Assembly (NCBI GenBank): GCA_013265495.1
Contig: MU058423.1
Span: 9,161,627 to 9,225,626 of the forward strand
Direction: 5' to 3'
Origin: Vicugna vicugna
Taxonomy: Eukaryota
Length of the DNA stretch: 64,000 nt
A program made the translations under genes and the position numbers. The notes beneath the pieces were generated by a model. The model was not told the origin of the DNA, did no database searches, and was given only the letters and a program-made list of their open reading frames with translations. Of the stretch, positions 28,671 to 43,989 are shown one piece after another. How positions within the stretch are numbered: position 1 is the first letter of the stretch; each line of letters starts with the position of its first letter.

Positions 28671-29729
28671 AACCTTTAATGATGCCAACATTTCAAATGT
28701 TAGGTAGCACATTAAGCAGAGCATATCATTACATTGTTTCGTTGGGAAATGAGTCAAATACATACATACACATAGGTATTTATGATAACCAAAACCTCAA
28801 AGTATTAATTTGTTAACCAGGTATTGTCACTTTATCATAGCAACATTACAATACCTTGTATTTTAGAATGCATTTTATCATCAGCCATTCATGCCTATTA
28901 ATAACTGTGAAGACTTTAATCATAAAAAGAAGGTAAATTAGTTAAGGAGTGGGTTTAGCTCAAGTGACAGAAAACTCAACCAACACTGGCTCAAACCCAT
29001 ACAGATTTGTCTCATATATCCCGAGTCCAGGTCCAAAGTTGCTATAGCAGCTCAGGGATGACATCAGGAACTTAAGCTCTCTCTGTGTGTACTGTCTTTT
29101 ATCTTCTTGCTTTCCATCTATTGTCTACATGATTATTGCAACAAGGTTACCAAATGACTGATGCACGCCTGGTTCTTCTTTCTGGAAGCAAGAAAGAGGA
29201 GGAGGAAACAGTCGCCTAGCAGGCGTCTTCCTCCCTCTCATTGACCAGGACTGTGTTGCTTGGCTACCCCTTGCTGCAAGGAGTCTAGAAAGTAAATGTT
29301 TTCTTTTACATCCTCCACATTAGAGACAAGAAAGGGAGAAAGGAGTTAAAAATGGAGGACTCCTAGCTAGCCAACCCACAGTATCAATCACAAAAAAGTC
29401 CAAAGAACTTTAAGAGGTACATAAACCCCAAAGAAAGGAGAAGTTCTAAGGAATCCTACCACTTTACCAACAATGACATTTTGTAAAAACTTTGATAATG
29501 AAAATTGTTTATAAATGAAAAAAAAACTTTAAAGAATACTATCTGGTATTCATCCTTTCTTCACACTAAAATAAGTCAAAAATTACATAAGGAAAATAAA
29601 AATTTTTAAGAAAGTTTTTTCTTCGTTTTAGCAGGAAACAAATCTAAAATATTCGCTCATTTTAAGTTAAACTTTTAAATAATTAATGTTATCATATATT
29701 TTTCTCAGCAGTTTAGCCAATTCTTGATA

Positions 29730-30210
29730 TTGATAAACTTCATTTTTGCCAGTATGAGAGCAGTAAAATTGAGTCTTGTGGTTCTAATTTGATTTCTCTG
29801 ATTGCTAGAGGCTGAGCATCTTTTTATACATTAATTGGCCAGTTTTTCTCTTCTGTGAACTGCCTATTTATATCTTTGTCCCCTTTTTTATTGAGTTGCT
29901 TGCCTTTTTCTTATTTGGAAGTTGTGGAGTTCTTTGTACATTCTGGATATTAATTATTAGTGATTATATGTGATGTAAATATCATCTCTCAATCTGTAAC
30001 TTGTCTTCTCACTTGGTTTGATATATAAAAAAAATGAAAAAACATGTTTTTTATTTTAATGTACCCCAAATTATCTATATTTTCTTTTACAATTTATTTG
30101 TGGTTTTTATATCTTGTTTGAAATCATTCACAGTACCCAGGACATAAAGTTTTGTCTTTTAAATGTCAATCTTTAATCCACCTAGAATTTACTTTTGTGC
30201 ATGGTGTATC
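29730..30210 (-). mobile_element. Old L1 ORF2/3' fragment
   Basis: Motifs gagcatctttttata, tgtgaactgcctatt, attctggatattaat. Confidence 0.7.
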
Positions 30211-30731
30211 TATTTATGCTTTGGTTTAATAAATAAAATTGGTTTATCACATCTCTCCATAATGCCAACTACTCATGTCAAAGATACCTTTGGCTTCACA
30301 GTACTAGATGAATGGATATTTCCAGTCATCTACACCTTAACAGCAAAAACACTGCTTTCTCAGTTTCCTATTATATTTTCATGGCTTTTTTTTCCTATCT
30401 TGCTGGACTCCTCGGTCTCTTTTTGCTGATTCCGCCTACTCAGTCTGACCTCTAAATGTTGAGAATGTTACAATTTAGTCTTCAGCCTTCTTCTCTTAGT
30501 ATATACTAGGTTATTTCATACAGCCCTTGACTTTAAAGCAATATATAAGTTGACAAGTCGTGCTCCATCTTCATATATTCTACTATGACATCTCAGTTTG
30601 AATGCCTTATAAACATCTCAAATTTAACATGGCCCAAAAAGAAGCCTCAATTTCCCTAAAAATCTGTGTTCCACACATCATTCACTGCACACTCTTTCAC
30701 TGAGTAACTTAATCTAAAAAGACAAGGAATA

Positions 30732-30895
30732 GGAGGAGGGTATAGCTCAGTGGTAGAATGCATGCTTAGCATGCACAAGGCCCTAGGTTTAACCCCCAGT
30801 ACCTTTATTTAATAATAATAAATAAATAAATACATAAATAAATAATCCAAATTACCTCCCCTACCACAAAAAATATATATATAAAACAAAAAACA
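30732..30895 (+). mobile_element. tRNA-derived SINE (vic-1-like)
   Basis: Sequence ggagggtatagctcagtggtagaatgcatgcttagcatgcacaaggccctagg followed by a (TAAA)n tail. Confidence 0.85.
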
Positions 30896-31802
30896 ATGAA
30901 TTATTTCTCACACTGGGTTCCTCCTTCTTCCTGACCTTCACTCACCTAATCTACTAACAACTCATTTCAGTTGTAGCTCAAAAAGATATCTCATAAACAT
31001 CCTCTCTTCTTTAACAATATAGTCTGGGCCAGGATCATCTTCTTGCCTGGACGAGTACAAATGCTTCCAGACATGATCTCCGGCACCTGTTCGTGCACTT
31101 CCATCCCTGTCAATACGGCTGCCATGTTGGTCTTTTCATTTGCAAAACAGACCATATTTTAAACATTTCAGTTATTTCCCTTTGCTTTCACAATGAAATT
31201 CATAGCCTACAAGACTATCCTGAATAGTCTGTTTTTTGAATACCAATTCAATCTCTCTTTGTTCCATTCTCCTCCCAGATCGGTGTGCTCTAGCCACACT
31301 GGCCAACGTGATAGTTACAACCCAATTCAAAAATGGACAACAGACTTAAGTAGACATTTTTCTAAAGATATACAGATGGTCAATAAACACATGAAAAGAT
31401 GCTCAACATCATTAGTCATCAGGGAAATAATATTCAAAACAACAATGGGATATTACTTCATATCTACTAGAATTGCTATAATTTTTTTAAAAATGGAAAA
31501 TAATAAGTATTGGTAACAATGTGAATAAATTGGAACTCTTGTACACTGCTGGTGGGATTGTAAAACGGTGCAGTTGCTGTGAAAAGTTTCACTATTCTTC
31601 AAAAAGTTAAATTTGGTAATAGCATATGACCCAGCAATTCCACTCTGAAGTACATATTAAAAAAAAAAATGAAAGCGGGGGCTTGAACAGAGACTTGTAT
31701 GTCTACTGCAGCATTATTCATTGTTCATCACAGCATTATTCACAAAAGCCAAAAGGTAGAACAGCTCAAGTGTCCATCAACACATGAATGGATAAAATGT
31801 TA

Positions 31803-32684
31803 TACAGTTCTTTGACTTAATAAGGCTTATATCCCGATAAGCACATGGCGGAAAATATCCTAAGTCAAAAATGCACTTAATACACCTAATCTACCAAACA
31901 TCATAGCTTAGCCAAGCCTATCTTAAACGTGCTCAGAACACTGACACTAGTCTACTGTTGGGCAAAATTATCTAACGCAAGCCTATTTTGTAATGAAGAA
32001 CTGAATATCTCATGTAATTTATTGAATACTGTAGTGAAAGTGAGAAACAATGGCTGTATGGGTGCAGTGTGGTTGTAAGTATGCTGGTTGTTTACCCTCA
32101 GGACCACATGGCTGGCTGGGAGCTGCGGCTGCCCAGCATCACTGAAGGTATCACACTGTGTGTCACCAGCCCAGGAAAAGATCCAAATTCAAAATGTTAA
32201 GTATGGTTTCTACTGAATGCATATCACTTTCACACCATCAAAAAGTCAAAAAATCATTAAGAATATCTGTTAATTAGAAGAGTTTGTTATTTCATTTCAA
32301 GCCAGAGGGGAGAAACACATTTTAAACATTAAAATTAGGTTAGCTTTGAATTTGTGCTAAATTGGGAAGATAATAGATTTTTACAAATTATGTGTGCATT
32401 GTTATTGAAAATGCCAGCTGTCTTTGATAAGTCTACTTGTAACTGTTTCAAAATATTTTTTTCTCTCAAAAGGCAACTGATTTTATTTGCTGGAATATTA
32501 TGATAGGAATGCTTACTGATATTACTTGATAATCATATATAGCCTTGGAACTTTAACATATACATAAAACTGTAACAGTATTAATAATTACAGTTGTACT
32601 TCCTTAGAACATTAAATGAGAGGAAAGCATGTTTAAAAAAAAAAATCATCAAGTAGAACCATTGTAAGCTGGGGACCATGTGTG
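31803..32684. mobile_element. MER47/Tigger5-type DNA element, split by a roughly 380-bp insert
   Basis: Matches the recalled MER47 consensus (aacatcatagcttagc...cttaaacgtgctcagaacact...ggtttctactgaatgc). Its terminus aaccattgtaagctggggacc resumes only after 32653. Confidence 0.8.
32262..32645 (+). pseudogene. Candidate 5'-truncated retrocopy of an mRNA 3'UTR (parent gene unidentified)
   Basis: ATTAAA at 32611-32616, an A11 run at 32635-32645, and flanking 14-bp direct repeats AAAAAATCAT(T/C)AAG. Confidence 0.65.
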
Positions 32685-33511
32685 CATATACACACACACT
32701 CATACACAATGGGATATCATTTAACCATAAAAAGAAATAAATTCTAATACATCCCACAATATAAATAAACCTTGAAAACATTATACTGAAATAAACCAGA
32801 CATAAAAGGACAAACATTATATGATTCTACTTAGATGAAATATCTAGAATAGGCCAATTTGTAGACATGAAAAGTAGATTAGAGGTTTCCAGGGACTTAG
32901 GGTAAAGGAGAATAGGGGGAAGTTATTGTTTAATGGTTAGTTTCCATTTGGGATTAGAAAAGATAGTGCTGATAGCTGTACAACGTTGTTAATGTAATTA
33001 ATACCACTGAACTGTGCACTCAGAAATGGTTACAGTTGCAAATTTTATGATATATATATATATATCAATGACATAAAACTATGTCAAAGAATTAATAATG
33101 TAATATACCCCAAACCCACTGAATTGTACATTTTAAAATCAGTGAATTGTATGGTACCTGAATTATATCTCAATAAAGCTGTTACTTTTTAAACTATATC
33201 AAATTAGTCACTGCTAGACTTATCATGCAGCAAATAGAATGAAAAGCCTTGACTTTACTAGAAAAATTATGACTCCTTTAAAGTTCTAACAGTCACAGAA
33301 TTATAGAATTTACTCATATTCTCAAATTACTAAAAATGTAAGAAACTGTTTCATATTTACAGCATTAAACAGAAGACATGAATCATGATATACATTACAA
33401 TACTCTTATTACTAGACTAAAACTATCTTAATAAAATGAAAATTGAAGTCTTAATAGCAGGGCATTAGATAATGCAATGGTGTTCAAATGTGTAGTTATC
33501 AATGTATACTA

Positions 33512-33856
<345 letters not shown>

Positions 33857-33904
33857 TTAGAAATAATAATAGAAAAACAGTAAGAGACTTCTCACAAGAT
33901 ATAG

Positions 33905-36300
33905 GAAATGCATTCCACCCTATCCTTCCTGCTAATTATAATTACAACTATAAACCTTGGACCAAAGACAAAGCAACTACCAGAAGACTCCAAAAAGGTA
34001 AATAAAATAAAACAAACTGGCTAGAGATTTTAGATCTGAGTGATGATCCAGCAATGAATTCCCTGGAGACTTTTTGCTACTCATGTATCTCACCCTGGGT
34101 TCACAACCTGGAACCACCAAGGGGTATACATCAACAACAACAACAACAAAAAACCCACAAGAAAAAACCCACTGTCTCTAACCAAAGGATTAGGACGATA
34201 GCAGCCCTGCATGATGAAACACTCCCAGCCGAGTGCTGCGTAATCTGTGGGGCAGAGCCTTGCTGACCATCCCCACCCTGCACTAATGACAACAGAGGTA
34301 GTGGCCTTCCCATCTCCCACCAGGGACTGAAGCTACAAAGACTATGGGGCAGAGCCTTGCCAACTATTCCTGCCCTATATAAGGTGAATGTCAGCAAAGA
34401 GGCAGCATCCTTCCTCTATCCTCAGTGGCTGTCCACTAATATAGAAGGCTTAAGTAGGAATTAAGGTCTCATAACACTCAAGACGTCCAGGACTCAACCC
34501 AAAATAAGTATACTCATCAAAAGACAGGAAAAATCTCAAGTAGGATGAGTAAGGACAATGAATAGACAAAACAAACATGATACAGATGTTGGAATTGTAA
34601 GACAAGAATTTTAAAGAAGTTACTACAAAAATGCACCACTAACAACACCAACAAGCAATTATAAATACTCTTAAAGTAAATTTAGACTCACATATCTGAA
34701 AAAATATATAGTACAGGAGTTCTCACGTACCCTCCACCCAGCTTCCCCCAAAGATATAAGCTGCAAAGTTCCTATATTTTTCATGATGTAATTTAATATT
34801 AACTCCAAGAGGCTCACTTTAAATATGAAGATACAAATATGTTAAAGAGTAAGTGGATATGAAAAGATATGACATGAGAAAAAAATAACTATGAGAAAAC
34901 TGGAGGGGCTATATTAATTCTGGGCAAAATAGACTATATAAGAATTATTTCTAAAGAAGGACATTTCATAATGATGAGTCAATACATCAGGAAGATAAAA
35001 CCATTACAAATATACATGTACCCAATAACACAGCTTCAAAACACATAAAGCAAAAACTGACCAAACTAAAAGGAAAAACAGGTAAATCCAGTTAAAATGT
35101 GGGTTTTAACCAATCTTTTTCAATAATTGATAGAATGCACACACATACCCCAGAGACAAAAAAACAACAAACAAACAAACAAAACCCAGAAAGAATATAG
35201 AAGATCTGATCAACCACTATAACTCTATAGACTTGAGAGATGCTCCAGTAAGATCCTTCTTCAAGGAAGGACTTAATACAATGTGCATGGTCAGTCAACT
35301 GCCTCTCCATCTCAGGTCACATCTTTTGCTTTAAATTAATCTAAAGATCCCATCCTAAAACAAAATTCCTGAAGGTTTTGTTTTTGTAAAAATTGACAAG
35401 CTGATTTTAAAGTTTATATGGAAATACAAAGCACCTAGACAACCAAAACAATTTTGAAAAGGAAGAATAAAGTGAGAAGAGTTAAAATACTGAAATTCCA
35501 GACTTACTGTAAAGTCCTAGTAATTAAGACTACTATTTACATAAGCACAGAAGAATCGATCAATGGAACAGGATAGAGTCCAGAACAAAATCCATATGTA
35601 TTTGGTCAAATAATTTTGACAAAGTTAATAAAAAGGAAGCACAGTCTTTTCCACATATACTTCTGGAATAATGAGATATCTGGGGTTTTCTTAAATGAAC
35701 TTCTGCTTATCTGCCTCACACCAAATATTAACTAGAAATGGATCACAGAACTGTTATAAAAGCTAAAACTATAAACATTCAAGAAGAAAATAGGAGAAAA
35801 TCATAGCTACATAGAAATGGGCAAAAATTTCTTAGGATACATAAAGCACAAACCAAAAGAGAAAAATGTAGATTAACGGGACGGTATCAAAATTGAAAAC
35901 TGCTCTTCCAAAGACACTGTAAAAACAATGAAATCTAAACCACACCATGGGAAAAAATATTCTCAACACAAAAATCTGACCATGGACGTATATCCAGAAT
36001 ACATGCAGAACTCTTACAACACAGTAAGTAGAACACAAACAACCCAATTTAAAATGGACAGAAGATGTGAATAGACATTTCACCAAAAAAGACAAATGAA
36101 TGACTAATAGGCATATGAAAGGAAGCTCCACATCACAGTTGTTGGAGAAACACAAACTAACACCACAAGACACATTAGACACCTGTTAGAGTGGCCAAAA
36201 TCCTATCAGTTGATGCTACAAGTGTTGACGAGAGTTCGGAGCAAACAGAACTCTCAGCACTGCTCGTGGGAACGCAATGTGGTGCAACCCACTTTATCAA
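33905..36300 (+). mobile_element. Fragmented old L1 (5' region, ORF2 endonuclease and 3' ORF2 pieces)
   Basis: Motifs ggacatttcataatgat, aacacagcttcaaaacacataaagcaaaaactgac, attgacaagctgattttaaagtttatatgg, aatagacatttcacca. Confidence 0.75.
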
Positions 36301-36889
36301 CAACCTAGCTCATTATAAATCTGCATTAGCAGAAGAATCATAACAGGAAATCAAATTACAGCATTTTAGAGGCGGAAGATGCTTCAGGAATTATCTAGTA
36401 TAATCTCTTCATTTCAAAATAAAGAAAACAGTGAACAGAGAAGTCAGAGGACTTGTACAAGGTCATATGACTAATTGGAAATATCAGTTAGACAGTTAAA
36501 TATCGGGTTCCCTGGATCCCATTCCGTGCTACTGTAGAATTACAGAGGACTTCCTGGTGGCCTTTATATGGAAGGAGAACAAGTTGCCAGCAATCTGATT
36601 TGGCATAGGCATCTGATTCCCCAGGAAAATGTCAATGCCTTCAAATCTGTTCAAAAAATTTCTTTCAAAAGAAAATCTTTTGTTTATTCCGTGTAACTAA
36701 GACCACAATGTACATGTTCTAACAAAAATAATCTGATTTCTTTTCAAATGAAAATTTAAAGGTCAGATTCTAAGCCAGGATACACTATTTTTTACAATTT
36801 TGCTTTTCCATTTTCAAGTATAAACACCACCAATATAAACATTCACTGTGATAATACAGTTCTTAATTATTACTACAGTTCTTAATACT

Positions 36890-37800
36890 TAGTCTCGCAC
36901 AATATGGGTCTCTGCCCCTGGCTCCTGACACAGGTTCCTGAAACCCTAGTAATTTCCTAAGTGGTAAGAACACTAGAAATATCTTTTGTTTTAATATTTG
37001 GCCTTGACTCCAGCTGCTGACACAGGGCTCCTGAAACCTTTATAATTTCGCGGGTAGAAGTGTCTTTTGTTCTAATGAGACATCTTTGGGTAGGCTTATA
37101 GATGGCTCCTGGATGACAGCTGCTCACCAGAAAGATCAGGCCATGATTAGAAGCTTGGAATTTTCAGCCCCATTCCCTGAACTTCTCCACCCCTCATTCT
37201 CTTGGAAGGAGATGGGTTGAAAATGGAGTTAATGATAGATCATGCCTACGTGATGAAACCTCCATAAAAACCCCAACAGCATGAGGCTCAGAGAGCTTCC
37301 AGCTTGGTGAACACAGTCACACAGGGAAGGTGAGGCACCCAACTCCCTGGGGACAGAGGTTCCTTTGCTGGGGACCCTCCTAGATCTTACCCTAAATATT
37401 TCTTCATTTTGCTATTCATCTGTATCCTTTATCATATCCTTTAATAAACTGGTAAACATAAATGTTTCCCTGATTTCTATGAGCCACTCTAGCAAATTAA
37501 TCAAACCTGAGGAAAAGGTTGTGGGAAACTCTGATTTGTAACCAAGTCAGACAGAAGTTGTGGGTCACCTGAGGGCCTGCTACTTGGCACTGGCATCTGA
37601 AGTACGGTGGGAGCAGTCCGGTGGGATTAAGTCCTTAACCTGGGGGATCTGACACTATCTCCAGAAAGTGTCAGAACTGAATTACATTGTAGGATGCCCA
37701 GTTGATGTTGCAGAGAATTGCCTGGTGTGGGTAAAACTCTCACATACATTTGATGACATAAGTGTTAGAAGTGAAGTATTCTGTGTGAAACGTAAAGGAG
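36890..37800 (+). mobile_element. MER21-family LTR
   Basis: Motifs ctcctgacacag..., gccatgattagaagcttggaattttcagccc, gatcatgcctacgtgatgaaacctccataaaaa, gtgggattaagtccttaacctgggggatctgac. Confidence 0.8.
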
Positions 37801-40800
37801 ATACATAGGAGGAAAGAACTGCGTTGTTTTTCTAATATGAAGTCAAAAAGTAAAATACATGCAACACATGATTATTTGTACCAGACCACTCATAAAGAAC
37901 TACAATTTAATTTACAATTTTCCCAAAGGTGGAAAAAACTCAAAAAAAAAGAAAAACTACTAGTATTCCTAAGAATACACAAATACTTAATTTGGTTTTG
38001 GAGTACAATATAGTTAGAAGTGATTATCACTAAAACAACCCATAAATGCACAGCAAATATATAAGTATGAAATAGACCAAAACAAAGGTTATATTCCACC
38101 TCTATAATTTATAAGATTAACATTGAGTCCTCATTTTAAAGTCCACAATATTTTCCCATTATAACTGAAACAGTCTTTATGCAATTTCCTGTTTAAGATT
38201 TAATTTCAGTCCCTCCTATATATCTTTTTCTCTTACTGCCTAATTCCCCTTCTTTTACCCCTTCAGGTATTGCAATCCTCTGGTTTCAGATTATCTTTTG
38301 TTTCACAAAACTTTCCTATCCAAGAAACTGTTAAGTTCTTTCACAAATGCAGCCTCATTTAGTTTACTGTCAAAAATCTCAAGAACTACTCACCAAATTA
38401 CTGCCCGTGTTCCTTTAAGGACCACGGCTACTAAGCTCCCTGAACCCACTTAGAGTTCAGTGACGCCCTCAGATTTACAGCAGAGTCAGAACAGTCAGGA
38501 CGCTTAGACGCTCCACTGTCACCTTATCAGCTAAAACCTGAAAAATGCACTCTTCCTGATTGCTAGAGTAAAAGGCACTGTTTCATTCTGATGGCTTTTC
38601 TTTGTTTTGATTTGTTCTGGTTTTTCTAAAAGAAAAAAAAAGTATTTATTGCTTTACTTTAAAAGTAATATATTCTTAGAAAAATGTAGAAATTTTAAAA
38701 TTATATTAAGAAGCAAAAATTTAAACCATAATCCTACCATTTAAAGACATCCAATGATATTTTGGTATAGATTCTGTCAATGTTTTCTTATTTCAGTTGT
38801 TTTGGAAATCCCTAAACCCCAGGACATTAGCAGCTAAGGTGAAATAAAGTACCTAGACCATTTCATATTCCCACCAAATGGATTTTAACAACTTTTTGGG
38901 ATTTTTAGTTATATAGAAAATAAAGTCTTAAAATGACAAAGTTCCAATCTCTCCTAAAAGATAGTACATTTTTCTTGAGGAAAAGAAACAGATTTTTAAA
39001 ATATAATCAAGTACCAAGAATATAATAAACATCCATGATTCCACCCCCAGAACTATCAAGTTTCAATCTTGTTACATATGCTTACCTGTCCTTTTTTAAA
39101 GGAATAAAACATTACAGCTAAAGTCAAAGTCCCCTTTAAGCCATAACTCTAAGTCGTACTCCTTTTCCCATCCCGTTACCATGCCTTTGGAGTATGTATT
39201 TCAGTCCACTTTTAAGTTTTTATGTACTTTATATACATACACCTATAAGCCATAAATATTTTAATATACATATATGGCATTAAACTGTACACATTATTCA
39301 GCATCTTCCTTACTTTCTTCAGCACTGTTTTGCCATCTGTGTTGATATATGAACCTAGTTCATTGCTTTTAATATTCCATCAAATGAGAAGACCTTTAAT
39401 TTACCCATTTTCCTACTGATGAACATTTAGGAGCTTTTTCTTTTCCCTTTAAAGATTTAAATTTAAATCTTAATTTTTTTTAAATCTCAAAGTTTTCCTT
39501 AAAAATGTTCAACAAGTAGCTCCTAAATATTATATAAGCTATAAATAATTTAAGCTATTTTTCTAAATTTAGTATTTTATATGATTTCAAGTCTCTTCCA
39601 GTTCTCACACACAATTCTATTAAAGAAATTTTAATTTTTCATCTTAAAGTGTTGTCTCAATCCTTAAATTGTAAACTTTGAGTACATATACAGTAATATA
39701 CAACATAATCATTAACTATTGTAAAATGATTAGTGTATAATTATTGTATAATAATGATAATATAATTGTGATCTTTGTGTGTGTGTATACTACAATCATA
39801 CTGATACAGCAATCACACTGCTAGTACTTCTGAAAGGCTTTTGCACAGAATGTTTCAGGATTTGCTTAGTCATTATAATAAATCTTCCACTGGCTTTCTA
39901 ATCACTAAACATTTCCTCTGAATTTTTAGATAAGCTTAGATATTTACAAAGTTGAATTTCATTATTTTAAAATCCCTTCTCACCTCTTGGAAGAAAAATA
40001 TACAACAAAACTTCGTTCATCCATTAAGCTCCATTCATTTGGATTTGATGAGTTTGGATGATATCTTGGTTAGAATTTTGTGCAAAAAATATGAGTAAGA
40101 GTATTAAGAGTTCAAAAAAGTTCTCAGTAATTATTTAATACTCTTAAGAAAAAAAGAGTTTTTTCAAACCCAATATAAGGCATAATTTAAGTACATTTGA
40201 TATGTTAATTACATATCCCTCATTTTCATTAAAGTAGCTCCCAAACATCTCTGCCTTGACATTCTTTGTCAGCCAATTCTGAGTTACTTCACAGATGTTT
40301 TAAAAATATACATTACACAAGGTGTGAGTGTTATTAACGCACACTGCCACTACTACTTCCAGATTTAGTGAAAAATTGTTTATGATCATTAATTATATTA
40401 GATATGCATTAAATAAATTCTGAAATATTCAAAACACTATATATTAATAATTTCTATTTATTTTTTCAAACAGAGACAAGAACTTGTAGGTAAATCTGAA
40501 AATCTGTCTGGCTACAGTTATTTCTAATAGCTTACCAATGTACATGGATAATCCTCAGGTCTGCGTATAAAGCCCATTATTCTACTGAGACAATTAATAT
40601 CTGTATTTTACCGATATGTCTCCAGCCACTAAAAGTCTCACAAAACATAATGTCTAGTCAATGTTTTAAAACTGTAATAAAATATACGTGGAGATTTTTA
40701 AAGACTACTAAATACCTAAGAAATTCTGCAAATCAATATTCCTTCTATTATAAAAGGTTCAATTTGTAACATAAGACTTTTACAGTGAGCTACATTTACA

Positions 40801-41910
40801 TTTTCTAAACACTAGTTCTGAAATATACTCCCTAAGTATAATACAATAATCTATTGAAGGTTAATGATATAATACAGTACATATGAAAACACACAAGTTA
40901 TAAAGCGCTATGCAAATGTTAAGTACAAATTATATACTAGTCAGAAACAGCTATTGGTGTAAAAATAAGCCTCTTAAGGTTTTTTTCAAGTAAATAAACA
41001 GAAAAAGTGAATACATACAGAAATGCCGACCTCAGCTGCAACTTCTTGTTCATTATCTTCCATGATGTCAAAACTTTAAAACTGCAACCCTACACTTGTA
41101 TGCTAAATATGAAAACTAAAATTCATCACAACTAGTTTTACTTCTGACACTGGCATTTACATATCTTCTTTCCAATGACCTCAGAAGTACATACAGTATT
41201 TCCCCAAAGTAGCAACAATATGCTGTATTTGAAGTCCATAATAGTCCTGTGGAAGATTCAAAAATCTTATTTTTTATAAAAGTGAAAGAAATATAAGTTG
41301 AAGGTAATTTACACAAGTGATATAGTCAATTTTGTTTCTACAATTCTTCAGTGCTTAAGAAAAGCGAAATCCTTCTCAGTAACACTTAACAACTGACTAT
41401 TATATTCCACAGTTTTTATTACATTCTAAGTTAAACAACTTATCATTATTTCTACTTCCTTTTCTTCCTTAAGGTATCGTACATCTGTTTACATACGATA
41501 ATATCACCCTTATATAAGTTAGAGTACTGTCAATTTTTAACTTGTTCTTCTATAGACTGCAGAATTTCCACTCCTACATTCAGGTAAAATCAATAGTACC
41601 CAAATATTTCTTCAACTTTACAAATATAAAACTGATTTGCATTCTAATTTTTAGATTAAAAATTGTACAAGTATTATTGCACTCTTTACATAATGTCAAT
41701 GATTGGGAAAACATAATGACCTGATAAATGTAGCTTTAAGATCCCCTTCTGATGTGAGGTGTCATGTAAAAACATATTCCTTCTCACCCTCCCATTGCTA
41801 TTCTGCTCTACCACTTTCTGCAGTGGTCATTTCCCACCACTTACAGCTAAAGGCTGAAGTTAAGGGTATTCTACAAAGAACAGAGACTAGTGTAAAATCT
41901 GGGCAGGATC

Positions 41911-42362
41911 TGTAAGCTAGCAAAACTTGCCAGCTCAAAATATCTCTTTGGCTTGTGGATTATTTCAAGCTGGAAACAGTGAAGGTCTGAAGGACGCAGT
42001 AAAAAGTTTTGACCTTTCCCCTGACTGAAAAAAAATTTAGTTAGAGGGCCTGTTTCCAGAGTATCACCAGAGATAAGTGCAAGGAATATGGGCTGGGTGT
42101 GGTGTCAGGAAGTCTAGGCAGAGCCTAGAAATCAGGGTCCACTCACTGTCCCATTGTCTTTGCATGGCCCAGCAATCATTTACTAACTAAACATCTGCTT
42201 TTCCATTTCCATGTTAACTGACTTCCTTCCCTTTGAAGCCTCAAACTATCACCCCCAACATTCTCCTTTGTCTTTAGTGGAAGAAGGCATTTAAGGTGAG
42301 GATTTAGGCCATGCTGGCAAGTTACTCAGTTCTCCTGGGTGTCTCCCACATATATATGTTAC
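41911..42362 (+). mobile_element. ERV1 (MER34/MER39-like) LTR, 3'-truncated
   Basis: Starts TGTA and is clearly homologous to the LTR at 53251-53812 (ctctttggc-tgtggattatttcaagct; gttactcagtt-tcctggg). Confidence 0.7.
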
Positions 42363-43989
42363 AGCTTATTTTAGAAAACATCAATTTCTTTGCTATTTTA
42401 AAGGACGTAAGAGTCAAAAAGTACAGATTATCATTATTTTTATTAGTCTTTGTTTTTATAACCTGAAATATTAATAGCAGATAATCAGAGATAAAGGTTA
42501 TAAGCTAGAAAATAATGCTCAATTTTAAAGTTTTCTGTCCATACTAGACTATTCTCAAATTGACTCCCTTAAGCATGAAATATTTGGGCAAATCATGTGT
42601 CAAAACATGCCATCTGAAACATATCTACCTTTATGCAGAAAGTCAAACATAATCAGCCTATAAATAGTACTCTATTTATTGTACAATATTTATATAGTAT
42701 TTTTTATAATACTATTTAATAGTATTTTCAAACACTAACATTAATGACAAGGTGCCAGTATTTTCTAACAATTTTTCAAATGTTTAAGTACTGAAAGGTA
42801 CTAGAGTAATCAAGAATAATGTTTAGCTATTCATTTAATTCAGCCTGAGGATAAACCTGAGGTAAGGGGACTTAAAATGTTTTTCTTTGTAGCATTCGCA
42901 AATGGTAAAAATTTTAGAAAAATGTGTTTATCAGTGAAAATAATTTAACTGAAACTTAACAGAAGATATAAAATGAGCTGTTACTTATGGCTTTATGGTC
43001 TGGCAAATTGTCAAGGATTTTAAAACTTAAAAAAATCCTAGCTGCTAATTGTGCTTAGGTAATTAATGGAAGATTATCACTCTCCCCTAAGAACAGAATT
43101 CCAATGTTAAAATTCAAATGCTGTATAATGTTGTTTTTTTTAATCAACACCCTTTCTAAATCTGACTATGCAACCACTCTCAGGTAAACCTATAGTCTTA
43201 TAAGTTTATATATACTATACAGAATATGAATACATTTTAATGATGCTTGTTCAATATTTACTGTTCAGGTCTCATACCCTGCCTCCTCATGGGTACAGCC
43301 TTCAGACTCTTATAACTCTAATCTATCCTCCATATACAGCAAATACCTTAATGAAATGGAGATCTGACCACATCCCTTCCCTATTTGTAAAGTTTAACTG
43401 ACTCTCTACCAAATAGAAGAACAGTACAAACTCCTTCACATAAAACAGCCCCTTCAATTCTGGCCCCAAGCTACATTTCCTGCCATAAAATATGGCCTAT
43501 CTCAAAAACTTGCTCTTCATGTATTCGTTGAATCAATATCCCTCTTTTAAAAAAACTCTTTCCTTTACTTGCAGAACTTTTATATATCCTACAGACCTCA
43601 AAATACAGAACTCCTCTCAGTGAAGTTTCCAAGCGGACTCAAGCCTTCCCTCTACTAGATTCCCATGCCACCCTGCACATGTCTTTCATAATACCATTCG
43701 TAAATTTTATCAAGTGACTTGGTTGACATATATGTATTTCCTTCTTTTATTCATCACTGTATTTTCTACACCTCCTTACCAGTACCTGTCACATATTAGG
43801 CATTTACTCTACATTGGATTTATAAAAGAATAAATAAACTCCACAACACGTAAATTCTCAGAAGGGAAGAATGATCCTGTGAATTAAGCCTTTCTGTATA
43901 ATACATAAAAGACAGACGCATGCCAAAACCGATTCTAATTAAATGTTTTCTAATAATTCCAACTTCACAAGAGAAGTTAAATTAATGAA

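Larger units (their letters stand above)
31315..33190 (+). mobile_element. L1 3' region (L1MB/MC-like) containing nested insertions
   Basis: Motifs aacccaattcaaaaatggac...aaacacatgaaaagatgctcaacatcattagtcat...gacccagcaattccactc...tatctcaataaagctg. Confidence 0.85.

Noticed and set aside
31193..31516. 107-aa ORF with similarity to the L1 ORF2 C-terminus
   Set aside because: Decayed L1 fragment, not a gene.
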